A stretch of 24,730 nt of DNA. Origin: an uncultured Deinococcales bacterium (GTDB taxonomy: Bacteria > Deinococcota > Deinococci > Deinococcales > JAAFIG01). Numbering within the stretch: the stretch's first letter is position 1; every line of letters begins with the position of its first letter. The translations under genes and the position numbers were made by a program. The DNA is taken from positions 1-24,730 of the forward strand of contig CAXTKV010000059.1 in the NCBI GenBank assembly GCA_964244895.1, written 5' to 3'. Positions 16,937-24,730 of this stretch are shown here, piece after piece. The notes beneath the pieces were generated by a model. That model did no database searches, was not told the DNA's origin, and saw only the letters and a program-made list of their open reading frames with translations.

Positions 16937-19900
16937 GTGCGCGTGGACATGGAATTCCAGCAGGTCTCGAGGCGGCTCGCCGGACTGGCCGCGAAGCGTT
17001 CGAGCGTTGTGCTGGGGCTATGGGGTGAACCGGGCATCGGCAAAACGCACAGGGCACTCGCCTTGCTGGGCGGCGCGCCCTGCCAGTCGTTGACGGTGCA
17101 CGCCACCCAAACACCTGAGAGCTTCATCGGCAAAATCCAGCGTCCGAAGAAAATCTCCGTCTGGCTCCAGCGATCCCTGGAACGCGCTCATCGCGGCGAA
17201 GCCCGGGATGTTGCGGCGCTCGTCCAGACCTTGGCTGCGCTCTTGACCGCGAACGCGCCGATGATTTTGCACGTCGAAGACTTGCACGAGGCCACCGCCG
17301 AACGTCTCGAGTTCTGGACGCAACTCGCGCCGATGGTTTCCAGGACGCGCGGGGTCGGGTTGATCGTCACCAGCCGCGCGAATCCACCGGATGGCTTCGA
17401 AGCCGTCCGGCTTTCACCACTGAGCCGCCAAGCCTCCGACGCGCTGCTCGAGGCCGAGGTCAGCGCGACGCTGCCGGGAGAGGCGCTGTCGTGGTTGTTC
17501 GAGCGCGTGGCTGGGAACCCGCTCTACACGCTCGAGTTCTTCCGCTTCCTGGCGCGGCAGGGCTTTGTGTGGAACGACGGCCATCGCTGGCGCTGGCGTG
17601 CGCCCGAGCGCGAGGTCATGCCGATCACGGTCGAGGGGCTAATCGAACGGATGCTGCGCGAGGCGACAGGCGCGCCCGCGCTCGAGGATGCGATTCGGGC
17701 GAAAGCGGTTCTCGGGCTGGGTGCGAACGATGACGTGTGGGCTAAGGTCGCGGAACTCACACCCGAGAACCTGAGCGAGTCGAAACGAGAACTCGAGCGC
17801 CAGGGAATACTTGTAAGAGGCGAATTCGCGCACCCGTTGTACCGAGAGGTGATCGCACACAGCCTGACACCCGAATGCCGCCAGACGTTCGCACGACGCG
17901 CACTTCAGGCGCTCGAGGCTGATCCTCAACGCGCCGCTTCGTTTATCGAGGACGCCCAACTCGAACCCGCACAGGCGCTCGCATGGCTCGAGCGGGCCGT
18001 TGGAGCCGCGACAGAGGCAGGAAATGAAGTCCAATCCTCACGTTTTAAAGCCAAAGCAGTTGCGTATGCGAACGGCGAGGTGCGGGCAAGGCTGGCGCTC
18101 GAGGCGGCGAGGGGATTACGTCGTGCTGACATTCCCGAGGCACTGCGTCTCGCCGAATTAGCGGAAGCTGGTTCTTCCGACGACTTCAAAACAATTGAAT
18201 TGCTCGCTGACCTTTTAGCTTCTCAAGGCAGGTTGGAGGACGCGGACTGCGTTCTCCAACGCTTACCGGAGCAGGAGCGATCTGGACCAAGCTGGTGGCT
18301 CCGACGCATGAAAGTACGAGCCGCTGCGCAAGACCACACCGCTGTCATCGAACTCTGGCGAGAACACCCGGAAGTGGGCGAACTGCACGACCCCGAGATT
18401 GCCTACGCGGTGGCGTTCGCGCTGACGATGCGTGGAGTCAATCAGGAGGCTCACGCCATCGCATCAAAGACACTCAAGCAGCCGGGACTCGCGCCTGAGG
18501 ATCGTTCTCGACTGATCGGTGTGCTCGCAAGCCTGCGGTACAGCGCCAATGACCCTTCAGGGGCCGAACGTTTTGAAGATCAAGCTCTGGAAGCAGCGCG
18601 TCAAGCGAACAGGCCAGACATGATTGCGGTTTACCTTCACAACCGTGCGCTATCACGCGGCGACCAGGGTCGCCGCGACGAACAAATCGCCGACTTGAAG
18701 GAGGCAATCAACCTGCACGCCGAGATCGGCAACGGCGTGCAGGTCATTCGTGCTCAGGTCTCTCTGACCGACGCGCTGCTCGACTTAGCACAGTACGAGC
18801 AGGCCGAAGAACTGCTGCTCGAGTGCCGCGACGTATTGAAAAGGTCCCGTCTGGCCGATGATTTCTTGATCGAGTGCGAGTATCGCTTGAGCCAGCTGTA
18901 TCGAGATTGGGGAATGATCCACGGAGGCATCCTCGCCATCAAGCACGCACACGCCGCGCTGGAAATGGCAAAGCGGGCAGCGAGTCCGACAAAAATTGGC
19001 TGGAGCTTGTGCTACGTCGCCATCGCCGAGGCAAAATTTGGCGACGCGAGTCAAAGTAAGCAATTCGCATCCGAGGCCATTAGGCTCAGTTCAGAGCTAC
19101 AGTTCATGGGCGTAATCGGGATGGCCCGTCTGGCCCAAGCACTCGCTCTTGAAGCGCTGGGTGAACGGGAGAGGGCGCGGAATGAGCTTCGGGAACTCGA
19201 AATGAACCTGATTGAGCAGGGGCTAACCGAACCCGCTCAAGAGGTCGGACTCGAGCTTGATCGTCTGCTCGGGGATGCTGTGAGCGGTGCCTCGCGCCTC
19301 GCGTGGTTCGAGCTAAGCGGCCTCAAAAACATGGCGAACGTCACCCGCCGATACTTTCCTGGACTCACCGAGCGTCAAGCTCAAACCTCGGACTCCACAA
19401 CGCGAGCCGACGGTATTCGACTCGAGGTCTTGGGGCCGATGCAGCTTCGTCAAGATGGCGTCATCACGCCCCTGCGCGGCGGCAAGCGCAAGGAATTACT
19501 GGCATTGTTGCTCGAGGCCCGCATCCGGGGCCGTACTGAAGTCTCGAGCCTGGATCTGTGCGACGCGCTCTATCCTGACGGTCCTGAAGACGTTGCCCTG
19601 GATGCGCTCAAAGCCACGATCTTCAAGATCCGCTCGAGCCTGGGCACAAGCTTGATCGCCACCACCCCGAACGGGTACGGGCTGGGTGCAGTTGCGACCG
19701 ATGCAGAGGACTTCCTGCAAACGGGTGACGCGGGCCTGTGGCGCGGCCCGTACCTCGAGGATGCAGCGCTCGAAGGGCGCGACGAGAACGTGCGCGAGGC
19801 GCTCTATCACGCCCTCGAGACGAACGCGAGGGCGCACCTCGAGACCATCCCGCACGAGGCCGAGCGGCTGGGCCGAATCCTGATGCTGGCCGAACCCTAC

Positions 19901-20059
19901 GACGCGCGCGCCCTCGAGATCACCTGTCGGGCGTTGCTGACGGACCAGAACCACAAAGGTCTCTCGCGGTTCTACTCGGAGGCCTGGGCGCGAATGCTCG
20001 AGGTGGGCGAGACCCTGCCGGAACGCTGGGAGGATTTCTTGGAAGCGCAAATCGTCTGA
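16937..20059 (+). CDS. STAND-type AAA ATPase / TPR / C-terminal winged-helix + BTAD-like transcriptional regulator (start may be ATG 16949)
   Basis: Walker A GEPGIGKT, Walker B LHVEDLH, GNPLY, FAHPLY; helical TPR-like centre; C-terminal SARP-like 'LEVLGPM..LLALLL..DALYP..IFKIRSSLG..TPNGY.L..TDAEDF..LWRGPYL..EPYD'. Confidence 0.85.
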   Translation: MRVDMEFQQVSRRLAGLAAKRSSVVLGLWGEPGIGKTHRALALLGGAPCQSLTVHATQTPESFIGKIQRPKKISVWLQRSLERAHRGEARDVAALVQTLAALLTANAPMILHVEDLHEATAERLEFWTQLAPMVSRTRGVGLIVTSRANPPDGFEAVRLSPLSRQASDALLEAEVSATLPGEALSWLFERVAGNPLYTLEFFRFLARQGFVWNDGHRWRWRAPEREVMPITVEGLIERMLREATGAPALEDAIRAKAVLGLGANDDVWAKVAELTPENLSESKRELERQGILVRGEFAHPLYREVIAHSLTPECRQTFARRALQALEADPQRAASFIEDAQLEPAQALAWLERAVGAATEAGNEVQSSRFKAKAVAYANGEVRARLALEAARGLRRADIPEALRLAELAEAGSSDDFKTIELLADLLASQGRLEDADCVLQRLPEQERSGPSWWLRRMKVRAAAQDHTAVIELWREHPEVGELHDPEIAYAVAFALTMRGVNQEAHAIASKTLKQPGLAPEDRSRLIGVLASLRYSANDPSGAERFEDQALEAARQANRPDMIAVYLHNRALSRGDQGRRDEQIADLKEAINLHAEIGNGVQVIRAQVSLTDALLDLAQYEQAEELLLECRDVLKRSRLADDFLIECEYRLSQLYRDWGMIHGGILAIKHAHAALEMAKRAASPTKIGWSLCYVAIAEAKFGDASQSKQFASEAIRLSSELQFMGVIGMARLAQALALEALGERERARNELRELEMNLIEQGLTEPAQEVGLELDRLLGDAVSGASRLAWFELSGLKNMANVTRRYFPGLTERQAQTSDSTTRADGIRLEVLGPMQLRQDGVITPLRGGKRKELLALLLEARIRGRTEVSSLDLCDALYPDGPEDVALDALKATIFKIRSSLGTSLIATTPNGYGLGAVATDAEDFLQTGDAGLWRGPYLEDAALEGRDENVREALYHALETNARAHLETIPHEAERLGRILMLAEPYDARALEITCRALLTDQNHKGLSRFYSEAWARMLEVGETLPERWEDFLEAQIV

Positions 20060-20123
20060 GGGAAACCCATCCCTCGAGACTGATCCGCGCAGAACACCAG
20101 AACCGAACAAGCGAATCCCTCAC

Positions 20124-20181
20124 GAACACCGTCCAGGACGCAAATTCTCGATCTTGAATTCTTGCGTCCTGGACGGTGTTC
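20124..20181. repeat. 56-bp palindromic element, copy 2 (perfect 20-bp inverted repeat)
   Basis: GAACACCGTCCAGGACGCAA (20124-20143) and TTGCGTCCTGGACGGTGTTC (20162-20181). The 16-bp core arms (20125-20140, 20165-20180) are 24 bp apart. Confidence 0.95.
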
Positions 20182-20278
20182 ATGTCTTGGCGCAAGACAC
20201 GATCGGCATGACCCTCAAAAGTTGACCGCCGGTTTACCAGACCCCGCGCACCTTGGAGGGGAAAGGGGGGGCAGTCTT

Positions 20279-20554
20279 GTGGAAGATCTCGAGGACGTTT
20301 GGGAACACCGAGCAACACTTCGCTATCGGCTGTGCCCACGCTGCTTCCGGGCGGTTCAGGCCACCTCGAGCGAGCGCTATTGCATCAACGACGGAAGCTG
20401 GTTGCTCGAGCGTTGCCCGTTGTGCGGCGCAGAGATCACCAACCCTTACGCCCATTACTGCGCCACGTGCGGACTCGAGTTCTCGGGCGCGAACTTGATC
20501 GAAAGCGAGCTCAGTCCCCGATTGAGACTCGAGGGGGTGACGAATGAAATCTAA
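20279..20554 (+). CDS. Double zinc ribbon small protein
   Basis: G-rich RBS before GTG 20279; CPRC, YCINDG, CPLC and YCATCG metal-binding knuckles. Confidence 0.8.
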   Translation: MEDLEDVWEHRATLRYRLCPRCFRAVQATSSERYCINDGSWLLERCPLCGAEITNPYAHYCATCGLEFSGANLIESELSPRLRLEGVTNEI

Positions 20555-20912
20555 ACACTGCTTTACCGCATTCCTGGTCGCGTCACTCGCCGCGCCAAGC
20601 GCGTGCACCCCAGCACCAAAATACAAGCTGCTGCCCCCGACCGAGCCACTGATCATCACCCGAGGCACGAGCCACACGATCACGCTCGGGGTGCAACGCT
20701 ACGACGGGTACGCGAGCGCCGCCGTCGTGACCGCGTCAGCCGAGCCGGACGGTGTGACGATCACGCCTGCACAGGCGAGCATCACCGGGAGTAGCTAGGA
20801 GTACACCGTCAGCGTCTCGAGCAGCGTTTCACCGGGCCGGGCTTCCGTTTTCTTCGAGCCGGATGTCGCCGGGCTTGGCTCGGGTGGACGCATCCCCATC
20901 ACGGTGCAGTAA
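20544..20912 (+). pseudogene. Small exported Ig-like (lipo)protein interrupted by an in-frame TAG
   Basis: Signal-like N-terminus ending PSAC and beta-rich body. After TAG 20796-20798 the frame continues 37 codons (EYTVSVSSSVSPGRASVFFEPDVAGLGSGGRIPITVQ) to TAA 20912. Confidence 0.65.
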
Positions 20913-21026
20913 CCCGATCACCCACATCTAGCTCGGCACGTCTTGCTCGAGGAAAACACTCTATCAGTCGCACGAACAGTTTTTCGCAGACGCGAAACCC
21001 TTCACCATCTCCTACGAGGTCACCGA

Positions 21027-23771
21027 ATGAACCATCTCTGGATCAAAGCGTTGTTTCTTCCACTGCTCACGGCGGCGCTGGTCGCCTGCCCGACTGATAC
21101 GACGCCAGCCGAAACGCTATTCACGCAGGCCAATACGTGGAAAGGGGACATCCCCGCGAGCGCAGAACAGGTCAGTCCGACAGAGTTTAGGAATCGCATC
21201 GCGTCTGGGGAACTGATACTGGCGAGCGCCAACACCATTGCAGCCCAGAAACAAACCCGCGAGAAACAGTACCAGGATGACAAGGCGTTCTTGCAGACCG
21301 TCCCGGACAAGGACCCCAACACCACCGCATTGTTAGCTGAAGCCGCCTCGAGCCCGAACTTCGACGGTGACCGCTCGGTGATCGGGCCGGATGGTCAGCG
21401 CGTGATGGTCTTTGGGCTTGGTACGGAACTTCGCAACGCCGCTGATTCGTACAGACGCTCGCAGAGTGTGGACAACGCATTCGCAGGCTACAGCCAAATA
21501 TACGACCTGCTACCCGCTGATCTGAAGGTCCAAGCGCCGACGTCAGACAGCCTCAAAGGAGCTTCACTGACCGCGATCAAAGCTGCCCTCAACCAAGTCA
21601 ACGGTTTGCTGGGTGCAAATCCCAGCACCCTCAAAGTGGCGCGGCTCGAGGTCGGCAATCTGGCGGGCGGCGGTGTCGGGCCACAAGCCTTCAACGCGGG
21701 CAATGGGACGGACAACAACGGTGTTTGCAGCCCCGCAAATTTTGCTCAGCGCTACTGGTTCCCACTGAAAAATTTTACCGGCCCCGTGAAAAGTCAGGGC
21801 GGACGCAACACCTGCTGGGCGTTCACTGCGATCGGCGCGGTGGAGAGCCGCGAGCGTGTGCAGTACAATAACCCCGTCAATCTCTCGGAGCAGTTTCTGG
21901 TGAACAAAGTTAAACAAGCCTGGTCACCGAGCGACTACTGGGAGGGCGGCTCGGCGGATTACGCACTCGATACTGCGCTCAGCCAAAATCAAGGGCTGCC
22001 CCTCGAAACCTTCTGGACGTACAACCCAGCCCTGGGTCGCGCTAGCCCCAAGGATGGTGAGGATGCGTCTTATTTTTTCACCTGCGTCAGTGGGATTCCC
22101 CGAGCTGGGGGCGGATTCGATCCTTACACCGGGACGTGTTCGGACACCGCGCACCAGAGTAAGCAAGTTTGCACGCTGGTGGATGGAGCCAAATATTGCA
22201 GTTCGGTTGCGGTGACGTACAGCGGCGTTGGGGTGTCTTCGGGCAAGACCACGCAACTCTGGAAAAACGGGGAAGTCTTCGCCCTCGAGGTTTACCGCAC
22301 GCTGCTCGCGCAAGGCCACGTGCTGATGGCCAGCTTTCCCGTCTACAAGGGTTTCCAAGACGATGTCAAAGGAAGCAGCGAAGCAGACATTACCAAGCGC
22401 GGGGTGGTCAGCAATTACGGCAGAACCATGCTGAACCCTAAAGGTAAAGAGGTGGACGGCGCGTACGGCGGTCACGTCGTGCAGATCGTCGGTTTTCTCA
22501 GCAACGACGACCTGAGGAACGTCGGTATCACGCCTAACATTGGCGGTGGCGGGTACTTCATCGTCAAAAACTCGTGGGGCTGCTTCGCGGGCGATGGAGG
22601 TTACTATTACGTCCCCGCCGATTACGTCAGTGGTATTTTCGATACGCTCAGCATCCTCAACTTCAATGGTCAGCGCAGCGACGCGTGGGTGCGCGAGCAG
22701 GCCACGCCCGGCGGCGCTGAGTCCCCTAAAATCAACATCAAGTCCTTCCCAGCCCGCCTCGAGCGCGTTGACCTGCGCGTCGAAACTGACCTCGCCAAGT
22801 TCTTCACAGTCACGCATCCCCTCGCCAAAAGCGTCACGTTGAGCATCACCTCCGACCGAGACGGCAGCCTGTACAACGGCCCGTGGAGTACAGACACCAC
22901 CGCCTTAATCGGCCCAATCCTCAAACGGACGTTTGCAAGCCCCGGCAACCGCACGCTGAGCTTCCTCGCCACTTATGGCAGCGGCCAAGCCAGAGACACA
23001 CTGACGATCAATGCCGTCAATACCCCGCCGACCCTCGAGCTGCAAACGAGCGGCGATGCGCGTCAGGGGGAAGATTATTTGATCAGTGCCGCGATTAAGG
23101 ACATCAACGAGTCAGACCTGAGCAAGCTCTGCGCCAGCACGGTCTGGGCGGTGGACGCGCCGGACATCCTGTCAAGCACTACGGGCTGCACAGTCAAGGT
23201 TAAGTTTGGAGCGCAAGGCGCGAGAACCGTCAAGGTCAGCACCACCGATAGCGATGGCGCGACTGGCTCGCGCCAAGTGACGCTGAATGTGCTGCCTCCG
23301 CCCGAAAATCCCTTTCCCCGCATGGTCAGCAGCGGCGTGTACTCCAGAGAGTTCCGTGGTGGTGGCGCATTCGTGCGTACTTGCTCCGATTTTGCCGTCA
23401 GCGGCGGCACGATTGATCTGCGGGAAGACGGTTGCACTTTCAGCATCGCGTCAACGCCACCACCACGCTACTCGGCTGCTGTATCCGTGGAAAACCCCAC
23501 GGGTGAAGCGCTGACCTACGACTGGAAACTGCTGGTCAAAGACTTTTACGGTGTCGAATCCGAGTTGATTGCTACCAATGCTTCGATCAAACCCTCGTTG
23601 GGGATGAAGTACATCCTTTTGGACTCGAACGGCGCACCGTTCGAAGGTCTTTTGACCAATCGAGGCTGTAAGGTCACCCTCAAAATCAACGCCCCTGACC
23701 CAAATCGCAGCAAGGGACCATTCACGATATGGAGCGGGAAGTGTTCCTACGAGGTTCCTAGACCGCGTTGA
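21027..23771 (+). CDS. Papain-like cysteine peptidase (family C1) lipoprotein with C-terminal PKD/Ig-like domains
   Basis: GAGGT RBS before ATG 21027; lipobox LVAC; VKSQGGRNTCWAF (Gln/Cys), LSEQFLV, GGHVVQIVGF (His), FIVKNSWG (Asn); beta-sandwich tail 'TVKVSTTDSDGATGSRQVTLNV'. Confidence 0.88.
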   Translation: MNHLWIKALFLPLLTAALVACPTDTTPAETLFTQANTWKGDIPASAEQVSPTEFRNRIASGELILASANTIAAQKQTREKQYQDDKAFLQTVPDKDPNTTALLAEAASSPNFDGDRSVIGPDGQRVMVFGLGTELRNAADSYRRSQSVDNAFAGYSQIYDLLPADLKVQAPTSDSLKGASLTAIKAALNQVNGLLGANPSTLKVARLEVGNLAGGGVGPQAFNAGNGTDNNGVCSPANFAQRYWFPLKNFTGPVKSQGGRNTCWAFTAIGAVESRERVQYNNPVNLSEQFLVNKVKQAWSPSDYWEGGSADYALDTALSQNQGLPLETFWTYNPALGRASPKDGEDASYFFTCVSGIPRAGGGFDPYTGTCSDTAHQSKQVCTLVDGAKYCSSVAVTYSGVGVSSGKTTQLWKNGEVFALEVYRTLLAQGHVLMASFPVYKGFQDDVKGSSEADITKRGVVSNYGRTMLNPKGKEVDGAYGGHVVQIVGFLSNDDLRNVGITPNIGGGGYFIVKNSWGCFAGDGGYYYVPADYVSGIFDTLSILNFNGQRSDAWVREQATPGGAESPKINIKSFPARLERVDLRVETDLAKFFTVTHPLAKSVTLSITSDRDGSLYNGPWSTDTTALIGPILKRTFASPGNRTLSFLATYGSGQARDTLTINAVNTPPTLELQTSGDARQGEDYLISAAIKDINESDLSKLCASTVWAVDAPDILSSTTGCTVKVKFGAQGARTVKVSTTDSDGATGSRQVTLNVLPPPENPFPRMVSSGVYSREFRGGGAFVRTCSDFAVSGGTIDLREDGCTFSIASTPPPRYSAAVSVENPTGEALTYDWKLLVKDFYGVESELIATNASIKPSLGMKYILLDSNGAPFEGLLTNRGCKVTLKINAPDPNRSKGPFTIWSGKCSYEVPRPR

Positions 23772-23809
23772 GGTTTCAAAAGACCGAGTGTTCGTGAGCC
23801 ATTCCGCAA

Positions 23810-23866
23810 GAACACCGTCCAGGACGCAAGTTTTCAAGTCAGATAAATCACGTCCTGGACGGTGTT
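23810..23866. repeat. 56-bp palindromic element, copy 3
   Basis: GAACACCGTCCAGGACGCAA (23810-23829) is identical to copy 2. Right arm CGTCCTGGACGGTGTT is at 23851-23866, after a different 24-bp spacer. Confidence 0.95.
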
Positions 23867-23896
23867 GAGTGCATCGCTCGGGCCAAAGGAGGCATC

Positions 23897-24595
23897 GTGC
23901 TCAACCGGAATTCTGTGACCGTCGCCCTCGCCATCACGTTCCTCGGCCTCGCCGTGGCCGCACGCACAGGCTACAGCCTGGTGGTCAATGGGCGAGTCTT
24001 CGGTGATCAGGCCATCGTGGCGAACGGCAAAACCTACGTGCCGCTTTCCGCCCTCAAATCCCTCGGCGTCAACTCGAGCCTCAAGGGAACGACGTTGACG
24101 TTGGGGAAATCGGGCAGCACCGCACCGAGCGTCACGGCGGGCGGCACAAATCAACGCGCCTCGCTCGAGGGCTGCATTAATGAGACGCTCTTCAACGGTA
24201 TCTGGCGGTTGACCGTGAAATCCACGAAACCGATCAGCCGCTACGACGGTCAGCAGCCCGGTTACAGCCTGAGCCTCGAGTGGAAGAACGGCGCGAAGGT
24301 CACTGCCGACGCCCTCAACACGGGCATCAAGAGCCTCGACCTGGTGCTCGAGGACGGTACGGTCTTGCAGACCGAAGACGCCCAGAACCTGACGGGCAAG
24401 CGTCTGCCGCAGGGGGCCGGGGTCACGTTGGACCTCACGTTCTACGCGGCGTCGGGCACGGGTGCGGACAAGATCGGTCAGCCCAGCAAGTTCCTGGTCG
24501 AGATTGACCCGAAGGTGCTATTGAACACCGGTGTCGCGGCGGCCTACAGCGCACCCAACCCGAGCTTCCGAGTGCGGCTGGATTGCCAGAAGTGA
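23897..24595 (+). CDS. Exported hypothetical protein with a copper-amine-oxidase-N/stalk-like N-terminal segment
   Basis: AAGGAGG RBS before GTG; signal peptide (LAVA-A); 'YSLVVNG..AIVANGKTYVPLSALKSLGV'; Cys near the start and end of the second domain. Confidence 0.8.
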   Translation: MLNRNSVTVALAITFLGLAVAARTGYSLVVNGRVFGDQAIVANGKTYVPLSALKSLGVNSSLKGTTLTLGKSGSTAPSVTAGGTNQRASLEGCINETLFNGIWRLTVKSTKPISRYDGQQPGYSLSLEWKNGAKVTADALNTGIKSLDLVLEDGTVLQTEDAQNLTGKRLPQGAGVTLDLTFYAASGTGADKIGQPSKFLVEIDPKVLLNTGVAAAYSAPNPSFRVRLDCQK

Positions 24596-24713
24596 CGCGC
24601 CCCGAACACCCGAACAAAACCGAGACCTCGGCGGTAGGCTCGAATTCAGAAATTCACACACGTCGAGAGCGGCAGCTATCAACCCAAAGCCTGGAACCGC
24701 AAGGAGAACTCCG

Positions 24714-24730
24714 ATGAACTCGACGTTGAT
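24714..24730 (+). CDS. Start of next gene (truncated by the window edge)
   Basis: AAGGAG RBS followed by ATG AAC TCG ACG TTG. Confidence 0.5.

Noticed and set aside
16937..20059. Avs-type antiphage STAND protein
   Set aside because: No N-terminal nuclease, SIR2 or protease effector; the C-terminus is a transcription-activator-like domain.
20162..20278. Upstream extensions given by the ORF track (also starts 1462, 6285, 8431, 12272, 20943)
   Set aside because: Better RBS-supported or translationally coupled starts lie downstream (20279, 1606, 6387, 8476, 12452, 21027); the 20162 start lies inside the inverted repeat.
20124..23866. Palindromic elements as a CRISPR array or canonical integron attC sites
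   Set aside because: Copies are kilobases apart with no regular spacers or cas genes. Arms lack the usual RYYYAAC box and attC extrahelical-base pattern, and no integrase is in the window. Kept only as a loose hypothesis.
24596..24713. Possible riboswitch upstream of the final gene
   Set aside because: No complete c-di-GMP, c-di-AMP or other consensus could be matched by eye.

Overview
GC-rich bacterial DNA, probably Deinococcota (inferred from the STAND-TPR-C-terminal wHTH/BTAD regulator, its double-zinc-ribbon partner and extreme CTCGAG enrichment). In order: a 5'-truncated hypothetical gene; a decayed DUF2958-like gene; a GH55 exo-beta-1,3-glucanase lipoprotein; ISL3, oxidoreductase and IS1182 remnants; a LacI-controlled amino-sugar oligosaccharide operon (family-5 ABC transporter, GH4, NagB-like deaminase, BadF-type kinase, MOSC protein); a Tn3 remnant; and a module made of a 1040-aa STAND ATPase/TPR/BTAD regulator, a zinc-ribbon protein and exported proteins, including a papain-like C1 protease lipoprotein. 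The most striking unexplained signal is a dispersed intergenic palindromic element: 16-bp arms AACACCGTCCAGGACG / CGTCCTGGACGGTGTT separated by exactly 24 bp of variable AT-rich sequence. It occurs three times (8150, 20125, 23811), with a related hairpin at 750. CTCGAG occurs about 113 times by hand count, far above expectation. All protein calls come from motif recognition, not database searches.
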